Notes: a model not told the origin generated them from the sequence alone. Shown: positions 42,201 through 50,275, counted from the stretch's first letter. The stretch is 64,000 nt of DNA from an uncultured Gammaproteobacteria bacterium (GCA_963848305.1 CAWKDC010000001.1:1512622-1576621), one strand, 5' to 3'. Numbers and translations: made by a program.

Positions 42201-43787
42201 GTCGAACATTGGAAAAAACGTGAAGCCGTAGTCAAAAAAGCCATTGCAGATATTAAGCAGCAATACGATAATCTTTATAACCAAACGTTTCAAGACATGC
42301 AGACTAATATTTCTGAGAAGTTTAGTCACTTTAATCGAGACTTTTCTCGGACAGCCTTAGAACGAAAATATCTTGCTATCCTTAATGGTATTAAACAGGA
42401 CATTGATCCGCTTGATTTTAATGAAAGATCCCGGCAAGTCGTCGATGCGGTTGACAAGATGTACAATGAAAATCGAAGCCGTATTATCAATCAGCATGGC
42501 ATGGCTCAATGGAATTACAATGCGACTAACATTCGAAACCAGTGCGATGCAGAAAAAGGCAAAATCGCACGCGAGTTAACAAGAATGAAACGCGAATCTG
42601 TTCATGCAAGTCTGTTGAGTCAATATGATTCGATCTTGGCTTTGCCGAGAAGCACGATCTCGACATATGTCACTGAATTTATGAATGGAAACCATCAGAA
42701 TCTGCTGCGATCTCTAGTGAATGAAAGTTACAATAAATCATTGACAGCATTGGTCAGCTCTTTCGGTTCCTTTGATATCGGGCACTCCACTGTTGAAAAT
42801 GCATTAACTTCCCCATCCGCTAGAAATAGCATTACTAAAATCATTGTTGATAAAAATACAGCAGCGCTGCGAACACAATGTGATAGCGAAATTGCCCGTG
42901 CAAACAATATTATCTCTGAAGAGAAAGCTGAGATACGAGCAGCGATCGCTAAATTTCAGCGCGTGATCAATAAATTGGGTGAGCTAGGGATCGGTCGCAA
43001 AGACGCTTTGGATCAGGCCGACATTTCTCCCGAGAAATGCACTTGGGTGCCTGCCAGTGTTGATCGACAAGAAAACCGCACTCGTCTTGTATATGGTGGA
43101 GTTCATGTGCAGCCCAGTATTCATGTGGTGACAAGTATGAACTCGCAAACACAATCAGCGGTAAATCAGTGTTATTCCCCGTCGAATCATTTTCGTTATT
43201 CGTCACAAGATTTACCTCGTGCGACTCAGAATGGATGCAGTAATAATTTCCAACAACGCATGGCCTCTCAGCCGTCTGCTCCTCCGCCACCCCCATCTTC
43301 CGGTGGCGGATATGGTGGTGGTTCATCGAGTGGTGGAGGGCGACGTCCGCCTTCACCGCCGCCACCAGGGAATGGCTACTCGAATAGTATGAGTGATGCG
43401 TTGCGTCATAAAGTTGTCCTCAGTTTCCAAGAGGCGGGTATGATGCGACAGAGCGAGAAATTGACGCAGCAGGCTATAAACGGAAGCGAAAGAATTATTG
43501 CTGGAAGAGATCTCAATAATCCCCATCTTGTCAATACATTAACTGCAGGTGGGAAAAATATCAATGATTGGGGTAAGTATACTACACCTTCAGTCACACT
43601 TTCGACTGGTCAAAGTGTTCAGATACATTACTATAAGCATGAACCTACCGGTAAAATTTCAAATATTGAGTATAAAGTTAAAGGTGTGGTAGATTATGCA
43701 GGCAAACCCAGTGCTGCTGAACGCACGGGCGCTGATCCTTACCGAGGCACTGGAAAGGCAAAATATGCATCCGAACTTTTTAAATAG
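39300..43787 (+). CDS. J-domain + DUF1598-like core + Pro/Gly linker + putative C-terminal toxin domain (candidate polymorphic toxin)
   Basis: DLYSVL...EIKKAYRKLAMKQHTDKGG...NNAYEVLSD J-domain; TDYFLK / RFWI / FAQEFT..YDEF..PEFARLREL / YGGV core; PPPPPSSGGG linker; tip with DWGK...QIHYY...TG...EYKVK; small immunity-like gene 11 nt downstream. Confidence 0.75.
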   Translation: MRNHTDLYSVLNVPSTATFDEIKKAYRKLAMKQHTDKGGTDDAMATLNNAYEVLSDAARKSAYDAMQASGADAIDRMFEAKGKWVKLGSTGERFSERYRKRFIELKASYQNAIPVAFDMKNVVPVHQSQLFDISTREGVIKEGGLLEFLKKHALSHKDAMLPSGVWRTPLTPQHAIGVLIDFVEGDYRGLQLKQLYDYMMAEAENVDQRERQLYLALANIFIFAYRESLPSELEKSTAPSMTMSGHKSLCAVTNYIKKTSSFSMSYCASLLQNEYFRDFYQWILVNAVWRQPDPKLIQNTLAEYNNYDHTREELQKLLDRQESLPEDAEMRSGFEQWVTTYKYLYLYEKNAKEHREKPVYLKSAEHHIECAYDIMDWFPVLGERVPREILANLLLQAGAQMQVSGQLSTNHPEKMACEKLSYEFYMNALMFANRSSLDVELYVLQHIISNISDYRFQNESAKKALPELVKLYSHISNVFPLYEEPQAHIQLFSTSDNGLQGTMRRLLYVLVDVVRFNRSHAADEAKPFDHKYVDVLYYAYEACLRRWYESNEATEKDIRTTLMEELLADRGWKFSDLNKRLQSPYIMIDRTPDGWLSPTRTLALPTKEKQTAFASLDAIEIDDNTGNFHFVMRDITGWQDPQQRVVSFSDIQEIFSHNVTGALLSLDEVNEYMRFHPFNKIRVSPTSLFETDFINTFLLTDYFLKFMTVGHEVNGQYPYNMRPVREMISHFPTHLKLIIEQFQDAQKDESAHRFWIEACPVNAFLPVQERGNDETTRIMVPEIHMIVKKHLLRRSASGALVDDQNEPDEGWHLYRFDKLPGQNKLCELATDKSVIVFTKKLTEVYFIPKGGQSEKMHLPNHIMHLFVKLSAMTIDDSGAISRTDENSSYLYYVVKVLCAEYKKPTLFSPEYVFAQEFTLHYDEFANCLPEFARLRELARLTVYVQLLNRVKSSNELQKTKLESILNDVEHWKKREAVVKKAIADIKQQYDNLYNQTFQDMQTNISEKFSHFNRDFSRTALERKYLAILNGIKQDIDPLDFNERSRQVVDAVDKMYNENRSRIINQHGMAQWNYNATNIRNQCDAEKGKIARELTRMKRESVHASLLSQYDSILALPRSTISTYVTEFMNGNHQNLLRSLVNESYNKSLTALVSSFGSFDIGHSTVENALTSPSARNSITKIIVDKNTAALRTQCDSEIARANNIISEEKAEIRAAIAKFQRVINKLGELGIGRKDALDQADISPEKCTWVPASVDRQENRTRLVYGGVHVQPSIHVVTSMNSQTQSAVNQCYSPSNHFRYSSQDLPRATQNGCSNNFQQRMASQPSAPPPPPSSGGGYGGGSSSGGGRRPPSPPPPGNGYSNSMSDALRHKVVLSFQEAGMMRQSEKLTQQAINGSERIIAGRDLNNPHLVNTLTAGGKNINDWGKYTTPSVTLSTGQSVQIHYYKHEPTGKISNIEYKVKGVVDYAGKPSAAERTGADPYRGTGKAKYASELFK

Positions 43788-43798
43788 ATAGGAACATT

Positions 43799-44167
43799 AT
43801 GAAACTGATATGCAATCTAAAGGATAGTACATGGGTAAACTATGGTGATGCATATTATCCATTGGCAATTAGTTTTAGTTTGAAAAGTGGTATTGAAGTG
43901 TATATACAATCTGAGGATAATAATACCCCAATTTGGAAAAAAATAACTGGTTTTGAAGTCATTGATCAAATCATTCCCAGCTCATGGGTTAGGAAAGTAG
44001 ATGCAGATCCCGCATATGGGATAATCACATTTCTCCCGGCAAAATGGGTCTATCGTGGTTTTTTTGAAGAATTATATGATGATGTCCCCTCTGCTGTAGC
44101 ATTATTCAATGAAGAAGCGATAAAAATATATAAGGAATTGAAAGCGCCAGGGTATGAACAGGATTAA
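43799..44167 (+). CDS. Putative cognate immunity protein
   Basis: 122 aa, directly after the toxin-like tip; FEVIDQ.IPS.W and P.KW...GFFE..D motifs; paralog 1.1 kb downstream. Confidence 0.7.
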   Translation: MKLICNLKDSTWVNYGDAYYPLAISFSLKSGIEVYIQSEDNNTPIWKKITGFEVIDQIIPSSWVRKVDADPAYGIITFLPAKWVYRGFFEELYDDVPSAVALFNEEAIKIYKELKAPGYEQD

Positions 44168-44209
44168 TTTCGTTATTGGAATTGCAAAAGTAATTAGATT
44201 GATATGAAT

Positions 44210-44230
44210 GTAGGGGCGCATATTTGTGCC
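44210..44230 (+). repeat. GTAG REP
   Basis: GTAGGGGCGCATATTTGTGCC at the end of cassette 1; counterpart at 45310-45330. Confidence 0.7.
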
Positions 44231-44313
44231 TGTCCGCGCCATGGTGCGGCAATAAATCGATTTCGGATCGCGTTGTGGATCAAAAGAGAGAAAGTCGACA
44301 ATGAGCACGGAAA

Positions 44314-44673
44314 ATGAAAAGAGAAGATTTAATTCAAATACTTGAAGGCGATATAGATCATATCGATCATGTGGATATGTATGATGAGAACATGTGTTCC
44401 CCGGAAGTGGAAGTGCATCCAAAACATGTAAAAAGGATGTTGCTCGATTTCATCAGTGATAAACTTAGCGCGCAACAATTACAAAAATGGGCAGAGTTCA
44501 TATCATATCGTTGTGACTATTCGTCGATCAATTTCATGGAACTCGAAGATGAAGATTATTATGAAGTCATGTGGGATGTGATCAATTGCTTGTCAACCCC
44601 CGAACTTGACGGTGAAATCACCAAAGAAAGTGTGAAGGGATACTTGTTGGAACTGCAGAAGTATACGGAGTAA
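44314..44673 (+). CDS. Acidic hypothetical protein, probable orphan immunity protein
   Basis: 119 aa, D/E-rich, unrelated to its neighbours, located between two immunity paralogs. Confidence 0.6.
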   Translation: MKREDLIQILEGDIDHIDHVDMYDENMCSPEVEVHPKHVKRMLLDFISDKLSAQQLQKWAEFISYRCDYSSINFMELEDEDYYEVMWDVINCLSTPELDGEITKESVKGYLLELQKYTE

Positions 44674-44761
44674 GGCCTCAGCCTCGTCAGAGGCAGCAGA
44701 TGTGGAGCCCCGCATGTAGCGCGCCTGATAGGGCGTGCAAATGTGGGGTTCCCATGAGGCC
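44674..44761. repeat. GC-rich nested hairpin between cassettes
   Basis: GGCCTCA...TGAGGCC outer stem and GGAGCCCCGCAT...ATGTGGGGTTCC inner stem. Confidence 0.55.
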
Positions 44762-44776
44762 GCTGTAGGCGGCGGA

Positions 44777-44887
44777 ATGGGAGGTGTGGTAGATTATGCA
44801 GGCAAACCCAGTGCTGCTGAACGCACGGGCGCTGATCCTTACCGGGGTACTGGAAAAGCGAAATATGCATCCGAACTTTTTAAATAG
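44777..44887 (+). pseudogene. Orphan copy of the toxin C-terminal tail (36-aa micro-ORF)
   Basis: ATG GGA followed by GVVDYAGKPSAAERTGADPYRGTGKAKYASELFK*, identical in protein to the last 34 aa of 39300-43787. Confidence 0.8.
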
Positions 44888-44898
44888 ATAGGTACGAT

Positions 44899-45267
44899 AT
44901 GAAGCTCATTTGTAAAATAAAGGACAATCTATGGGTTAATTATGAAGAGGAATATTATCCTCTTGCAATTAGCTTTTCGTTAAAAAGAGGGATCGATATA
45001 TGCATACAAGTTGGCGAAGATGGAATGCCGGGTTGGAGTAGTCTAGTTGGTTTTGAAGTTATCGATCAGACCATTCCTAGCTGTTGGGTGAGAGATGTAC
45101 ACGAAGATCCAACGTATGGAATCATCACGTATCTGCCTGCGAAATGGGCCTACCATGGATTTTTTGAGGACTTAAGCAATGATATACCTGCTGCCGTAGC
45201 ATTATTCAATGAAGAAGCGATAAAAATATATAAGGAATTGAAAGCGCCAGGGTATGAACAGGATTAG
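44899..45267 (+). CDS. Orphan immunity paralog
   Basis: Same length as 43799-44167; about 86/122 identical by hand count; last 24 aa identical. Confidence 0.72.
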   Translation: MKLICKIKDNLWVNYEEEYYPLAISFSLKRGIDICIQVGEDGMPGWSSLVGFEVIDQTIPSCWVRDVHEDPTYGIITYLPAKWAYHGFFEDLSNDIPAAVALFNEEAIKIYKELKAPGYEQD

Positions 45268-45365
45268 TTTCGTTATTGGAATTGCAAAAGTAATTAGATT
45301 GATATGAATGTAGGGGTGCATATTTGCGCCTGTCTGCGCCAGAGAACAAATTTCTTAGCTAACCA

Positions 45366-45394
45366 AATCCCTGAGGCCGGAGGCCTTAGGGATT
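45366..45394. terminator. Hairpin between convergent genes
   Basis: AATCCCTGAGGCC-GGA-GGCCTTAGGGATT. Confidence 0.55.
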
Positions 45395-45410
45395 CTCCTT
45401 AATAAAGAGG

Positions 45411-45995
45411 TTATTGTTTCTTGTAGCAATAACCTATCTTTTTACCATTGCCGGACCAGCACCCAGCATTCAAATCCATCAGAGCGCATAGACCAGCTGC
45501 GTTGATGGTGTATTTTGAGTTAGTAATGCCGTTGTTGCACTGGAAAGTTTGATCATAACTAAAGTTGTTGCCATCATCAGAAGCATTACATTCTGCTATA
45601 CCCCCACCATTAGGGCAATGGACGATTTCTGACGTAGTCGCCGTAACATTGGGATCACTGCTTTTGTCACAAAGAACATTCTGTCCTCCATGTTTTATGC
45701 AGTCTAAATAATTGTCGCTGTTGACGCCACAGATTGTGCTTTGACCCCCATTGGGGTTAGATAATTGTACGGCATAATTACATGTTGAATCACCCTGAGG
45801 GACCTCGGCGCATTGAGAGAGTGGCAGTTTGGCCGAGCAGTTAGGTGCGGTATCGCTGAGGGCAGGGAATGTGATGAGAGACAGCAAGAGAGGGGTTGCA
45901 CAGCGAAGTGTCACTGATAAAATTGATGTATTGATGAAACTTTTCCTTAAGATGGATTGATACGAATAGTTTAGATGTTTAAGCATGAAAGTCAA
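45411..45995 (-). CDS. Cysteine-rich, probably secreted small protein (start uncertain)
   Basis: Hydrophobic PLLLSLITFPALS segment followed by ~147 aa with 12 Cys. Confidence 0.65.
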   Translation of the reverse strand: MTFMLKHLNYSYQSILRKSFINTSILSVTLRCATPLLLSLITFPALSDTAPNCSAKLPLSQCAEVPQGDSTCNYAVQLSNPNGGQSTICGVNSDNYLDCIKHGGQNVLCDKSSDPNVTATTSEIVHCPNGGGIAECNASDDGNNFSYDQTFQCNNGITNSKYTINAAGLCALMDLNAGCWSGNGKKIGYCYKKQ

Positions 45996-46141
45996 TATCC
46001 GAAGGGCGAATATCTGATCTCAATACTATGGCCATAAGCTGATCTGGCACCAAAGAGGGATAACGCGAAGTGAAAGAAGCTTGGAAAAGCAGGAATGGAA
46101 GATAACAGGCAAAGACATTAACGATTTATCATCTCTTTGCC

Positions 46142-46160
46142 TATAATGATAAGAATTAAT
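46142..46160 (+). promoter_or_regulatory. -10 box overlapped by a Fur-box-like site
   Basis: TATAATGATAAGAATTAAT matches GATAATGATAATCATTATC at 14/19 positions and begins with TATAAT. Confidence 0.4.
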
Positions 46161-46176
46161 GAGAGGCTAGTGCCAT

Positions 46177-47244
46177 ATGAAAGCAAACAAACATCTTATT
46201 TGGATCATTCTCACGCTGCTGTTGGGCTGCTCCAAATCCGATCAAGTATCAACAGCCCCGCGCTTGGTCAAAACCGTTGTGGTGGGAGAGGCTGGGGTGT
46301 CGGCGGAACGTTCCTTTCCGGGGCGTGTGATTGCAGGTCAACGGGCGGACATGTCTTTTCAAGTCTCTGGAACATTGAGTGAATTGCCGGTTAAAGAAGG
46401 ACAGCGCGTCACGCAGGGGCAACTTCTTGCAAAGCTCAATTCACGTGATTTTGAAAATCGTTATAATGCAGCGAAATCCACGCGTGACATCACCGAAATC
46501 AATTATGAACGTGGAAAAAAATTAGTCGTGAACGGCACGGTTGCACAAGTCACTTTTGATGATCTGCGCAATAAATTTGAAGTCGCAAAATCAGAAGAAG
46601 CCATTGCACAAAAAGCACTGGAAGACACACAAATGTTGGCACCTTTCACCGGCATGATTGCGCGCGTCTATGTTGATAATTTTCAAGAAGTGCAAGCAAA
46701 AGAAAAAATCCTCACCGTGCAAGATGTTCAAGATGTGGATATCCTGATCGATGTCCCCGAGCGAGATATTATTAATCGACAGAATATGAATAATAACCGT
46801 GTTGAGGATCAAACATTGCCCAATGGTTATGTGGTGTTTGATGCCATTCCTGGTCAACAGTTTCAGGTCACTGTAAAGGAATACGCAACTGAAGCAGACC
46901 CGACCACACAAACCTATCGCGTGCGACTGAGCATGAAGGCTCCTGAAAACATCAATATTTTACCCGGCATGACAGCGACATTGAAAATGAAACAGCCTGC
47001 ACAAATGATCACTGAGACATCTTTGCCAGCAAATGCTGTCGCTGTCGACCCTCAAGGACATTTTTATGTGTGGGTTGTGAAAGAAGACATGACGGTGACC
47101 AAAGTGCCTGTTCAAGTCGGCGATATGGTCGGGAATGATATTCGCATCACGCAAGGCATTTCGCAAGGTCAACGTGTGGTTGTTGCGGGCGTGCCGTATT
47201 TAACAGAAGGCATGAAGATCCGTTTATTCACCAACCAATATTAG
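46177..47244 (+). CDS. RND efflux periplasmic adaptor (MFP), lipoprotein
   Basis: LLGC lipobox, FQVSGTL.ELPVKEGQ.V..GQLLAKL, APFTG, LPGMTA. Confidence 0.93.
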   Translation: MKANKHLIWIILTLLLGCSKSDQVSTAPRLVKTVVVGEAGVSAERSFPGRVIAGQRADMSFQVSGTLSELPVKEGQRVTQGQLLAKLNSRDFENRYNAAKSTRDITEINYERGKKLVVNGTVAQVTFDDLRNKFEVAKSEEAIAQKALEDTQMLAPFTGMIARVYVDNFQEVQAKEKILTVQDVQDVDILIDVPERDIINRQNMNNNRVEDQTLPNGYVVFDAIPGQQFQVTVKEYATEADPTTQTYRVRLSMKAPENINILPGMTATLKMKQPAQMITETSLPANAVAVDPQGHFYVWVVKEDMTVTKVPVQVGDMVGNDIRITQGISQGQRVVVAGVPYLTEGMKIRLFTNQY

Positions 47245-47251
47245 GATTGAT

Positions 47252-50200
47252 ATGAACCTCGCCACCAAAGCCATTCAATATAAATTATTCACGCTTGTCT
47301 TAACGCTATTGGTGATTATTGGCGGCGGATTTGCCTATGAAAAATTGGGACGATTGGAAGATCCAGAATTCACTGTGAAATCCGCATTAGTCGTCACACA
47401 ATATCCGGGTGCCAGCGCGACTGAGGTCGAAAAAGAAGTGACTGAAGTGCTTGAAACGGAAATTCAAGAATTAGGACAGATCGATTATTTGGAATCACAA
47501 ACCAGTACAGGATTGTCCAGTATCACTGTCACTATTTTAGATAAATATGATAAACACACGTTACCACAAGTGTGGGATGAATTGCGCAGAAAAGTGAATG
47601 ATGCGCAAACCAAATTACCTCCAGGCGTGGGGCGTTCTGCAGTGTATGATGATTATGGCGATGTGTATGGCGTATTATTGGCCGTGACAGGTTCTGAATA
47701 TTCAGCAGAAGAATTAGAAGATTTCGCAGATTTTTTACGGCGCGAATTACTGACGGTGCGAGATGTGGCTAAAATTAATATGTGGGGTGTGCAACAGCGT
47801 CAGGTCTTTGTCGATATTGCACAATCAAAAATGGCTCAACTGGGAATCAGTCTAGAGTCCATTTATGCCACACTGGAAAAACAAAATTTGGTGCAAGGGG
47901 CAGGGCATGTCAATGTGGACAACGAATTCATTCGGATCAGCCCAACAGGCGAAATCAGTTCGGTTGAGGCCATTGGCAATTTACTGATAGGTAGCCATGA
48001 TCAACAGCTGATTTATTTGAAAGACATCGCTACCATCAGCCGCGGTTTAATCACTCCTCCCTCGGAGCATTTGCGATATAAAGGTAAAAATGGGATTGCC
48101 TTGGGCGTATCGACGGTCTCAGGTGGCAACGTCGTATTGATGGGCGAAGCCATCCAGCATAAATTAAAATCATTGGAAGCGCAAACACCACTCGGCATGC
48201 AAATTGATCCGATATACTTTCAAGCCGATGGTGTGAAAAAAGCCGTAAATGGATTTGTGGTCAATTTAATTGAAGCCCTTGCGATTGTGATCATCGTGTT
48301 GATGATATTCATGGGCAAGCGTAGTGGGTTGTTGATTGGCGGCGTTTTATTAATCACTGTGGCTGCGACGGTTTGCATGATGCAGTTTTACGCGATTGAT
48401 TTACAGCGCATTTCATTGGGTGCACTGATCATTGCACTTGGGATGCTTGTGGATAATGCGATTGTGGTGGTCGAAGGCATGCAGGTCAAAATGCAACAAG
48501 GTATGCCAGCTGTTAAAGCTGCGGAAGAAACGGTGGGGCAAACCATGTGGCCCTTATTGGGTGCGACTGCTATTGCCGTGTTGGCATTTGCGGCGATTGG
48601 TCTATCACAAGATTCCACTGGAGAATATTTGAGATCACTTTATCAGGTGATGTTGATTTCACTCGGGTTAAGCTGGTTGATTGCAATCACTGTCACGCCT
48701 GTATTAGGCGTTATGTTTTTAAAAGTTACCAATCAATCGCAAGACCCGTATGCAAATCCCATTTTTAAACGATACAAAGCATTTCTATCAACCTGTATTG
48801 ATCATCCCATGCCCACATTATCGATAGTCTTAGGATTACTATTATGTTCCGTGGTCGCTTTCAAGCAATTAGAACAGAGCTTTTTCCCCGATTCTACCAC
48901 CCCTCAATTATTGATTCATTATTGGTTGCCGCAAGGGACAGATATTCGAAAAACAAGCAGCGATCAAAAAGACATCGAAGCGTTCATCGCAAAACAACCA
49001 GGTGTGAAATCGGTCAGTACATTTGTGGGGGGCGGTGCTCCGCGATACACGTTGGTCTACAGTCCTGAAAAAGTGAACAATGCCTACGGATTATTCATGA
49101 TTGATGTAGATGATTATCGCATCATCAATGATCTCACAAAAACCATCATGGATTATATTCACCAACATTTTATCGATGCCAATCCTCGTGCTGAGAAAAT
49201 TAAACTGGGACCAAGTGGTGGTTATCCATTAGAGTTTCGTATTCAAGGAACAGATGCAAATGTGTTGCGGGCGTTGGGAGATCAAGTCAAAAATATTTTG
49301 ATTGAGGATGGTGGTGCGAAAGGGATCCGTGATAATTGGCGTGAACGTGTTAAATTAATTCGTCCAGAGATTAAAACAATTCAAGCAGAACGTGCGGGTT
49401 TAACCCGCTCTGATATTGCGCGGGCAATTGAAACTGTATTTATTGGGACGCAAGTGGGTATTTACCGAGAAGGCGATAAATTATTACCGATTGTTTCCAG
49501 GGGTATTGCATCTGAACGCGAGCTTGTCGACAATTTATATAGTATTCAAGTCTGGAGTGATTTGGCGCAAAAAAGTGTGCCTCTCAGTCAATTGGTGTCC
49601 GAGTTCACGACAACGTACGACGACTCAATTGTACAACGGCGTAACAAATTAAGAACCTTAACCGTGCAAGCAGAGCCTGTCGCGGGCAATGTCAGTGTTT
49701 TATTTGAAAGGGTGCGTGATAAGATAGAAGCGATTCCTTTACCAGTCGGATATGCGTTTGAATGGGGCGGTGAATATGAAGATTCAACCAAGGCACAAAA
49801 AAGTTTAGCGGCGAAAATTCCGCCCACGTTAATCTTGATGATCTTGATCACGATTGGATTATTCAATGCATTAAAACAACCCATGATCATTTGGATCACT
49901 GTTCCATTGTCTATCATTGGTGTGGCATTTGGATTATTATTATTCGGCGAACCCTTTGGCTTTATGGCTTTATTAGGATTTTTGAGTTTATCGGGTATGT
50001 TGATTAAAAATGCGATAGTCCTATTGGATGAAATGGATCTAGAAGTGAAATCGGGCAAAGGATTGGACGATGCCATTTTAGCTGCTTCTGTTTCCCGTAT
50101 GCGCCCGGTTCTCATGGCAGCTGTGACCACGGTATTGGGCATGATTCCCCTTTTAACCGACGTCTTCTTCAAAGGCATGGCCGTGACGATCATGGCGGGG

Positions 50201-50275
50201 CTAACGTTTGCCACGGCTTTAACCTTGATTGTCGTGCCTGTTCTATACCGATTGGCATTTGCGCGATTGAAATGA
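47252..50275 (+). CDS. RND efflux permease (AcrB/AcrD/AcrF family)
   Basis: EDPEF, YPGASA.EVE, LGMLVDNAIVVVE, IKNAIVLLD, RMRPVLM. Confidence 0.95.
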   Translation: MNLATKAIQYKLFTLVLTLLVIIGGGFAYEKLGRLEDPEFTVKSALVVTQYPGASATEVEKEVTEVLETEIQELGQIDYLESQTSTGLSSITVTILDKYDKHTLPQVWDELRRKVNDAQTKLPPGVGRSAVYDDYGDVYGVLLAVTGSEYSAEELEDFADFLRRELLTVRDVAKINMWGVQQRQVFVDIAQSKMAQLGISLESIYATLEKQNLVQGAGHVNVDNEFIRISPTGEISSVEAIGNLLIGSHDQQLIYLKDIATISRGLITPPSEHLRYKGKNGIALGVSTVSGGNVVLMGEAIQHKLKSLEAQTPLGMQIDPIYFQADGVKKAVNGFVVNLIEALAIVIIVLMIFMGKRSGLLIGGVLLITVAATVCMMQFYAIDLQRISLGALIIALGMLVDNAIVVVEGMQVKMQQGMPAVKAAEETVGQTMWPLLGATAIAVLAFAAIGLSQDSTGEYLRSLYQVMLISLGLSWLIAITVTPVLGVMFLKVTNQSQDPYANPIFKRYKAFLSTCIDHPMPTLSIVLGLLLCSVVAFKQLEQSFFPDSTTPQLLIHYWLPQGTDIRKTSSDQKDIEAFIAKQPGVKSVSTFVGGGAPRYTLVYSPEKVNNAYGLFMIDVDDYRIINDLTKTIMDYIHQHFIDANPRAEKIKLGPSGGYPLEFRIQGTDANVLRALGDQVKNILIEDGGAKGIRDNWRERVKLIRPEIKTIQAERAGLTRSDIARAIETVFIGTQVGIYREGDKLLPIVSRGIASERELVDNLYSIQVWSDLAQKSVPLSQLVSEFTTTYDDSIVQRRNKLRTLTVQAEPVAGNVSVLFERVRDKIEAIPLPVGYAFEWGGEYEDSTKAQKSLAAKIPPTLILMILITIGLFNALKQPMIIWITVPLSIIGVAFGLLLFGEPFGFMALLGFLSLSGMLIKNAIVLLDEMDLEVKSGKGLDDAILAASVSRMRPVLMAAVTTVLGMIPLLTDVFFKGMAVTIMAGLTFATALTLIVVPVLYRLAFARLK

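Larger units (their letters stand above)
43682..45341 (+). repeat. Direct repeat with 1100-bp offset (43682-44241 vs 44782-45341)
   Basis: Near-identical flanks (43682-43792/44782-44892 and ~44090-44241/~45190-45341) enclose diverged gene cores. Confidence 0.93.

Noticed and set aside
43682-44892. Diversity-generating retroelement TR/VR pair
   Set aside because: No reverse transcriptase in the window; the four differences are all synonymous third positions and are not restricted to adenines of one copy.
43682-45400. Integron cassette array
   Set aside because: The spacers are palindromic, but I found no convincing attC RYYYAAC...GTTRRRY ends and there is no integron integrase.
46040-46052. 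attR copy of the tRNA-Leu 3' end (TGGCACCA)
   Set aside because: Only about 7-8 matching bases, which is expected by chance.
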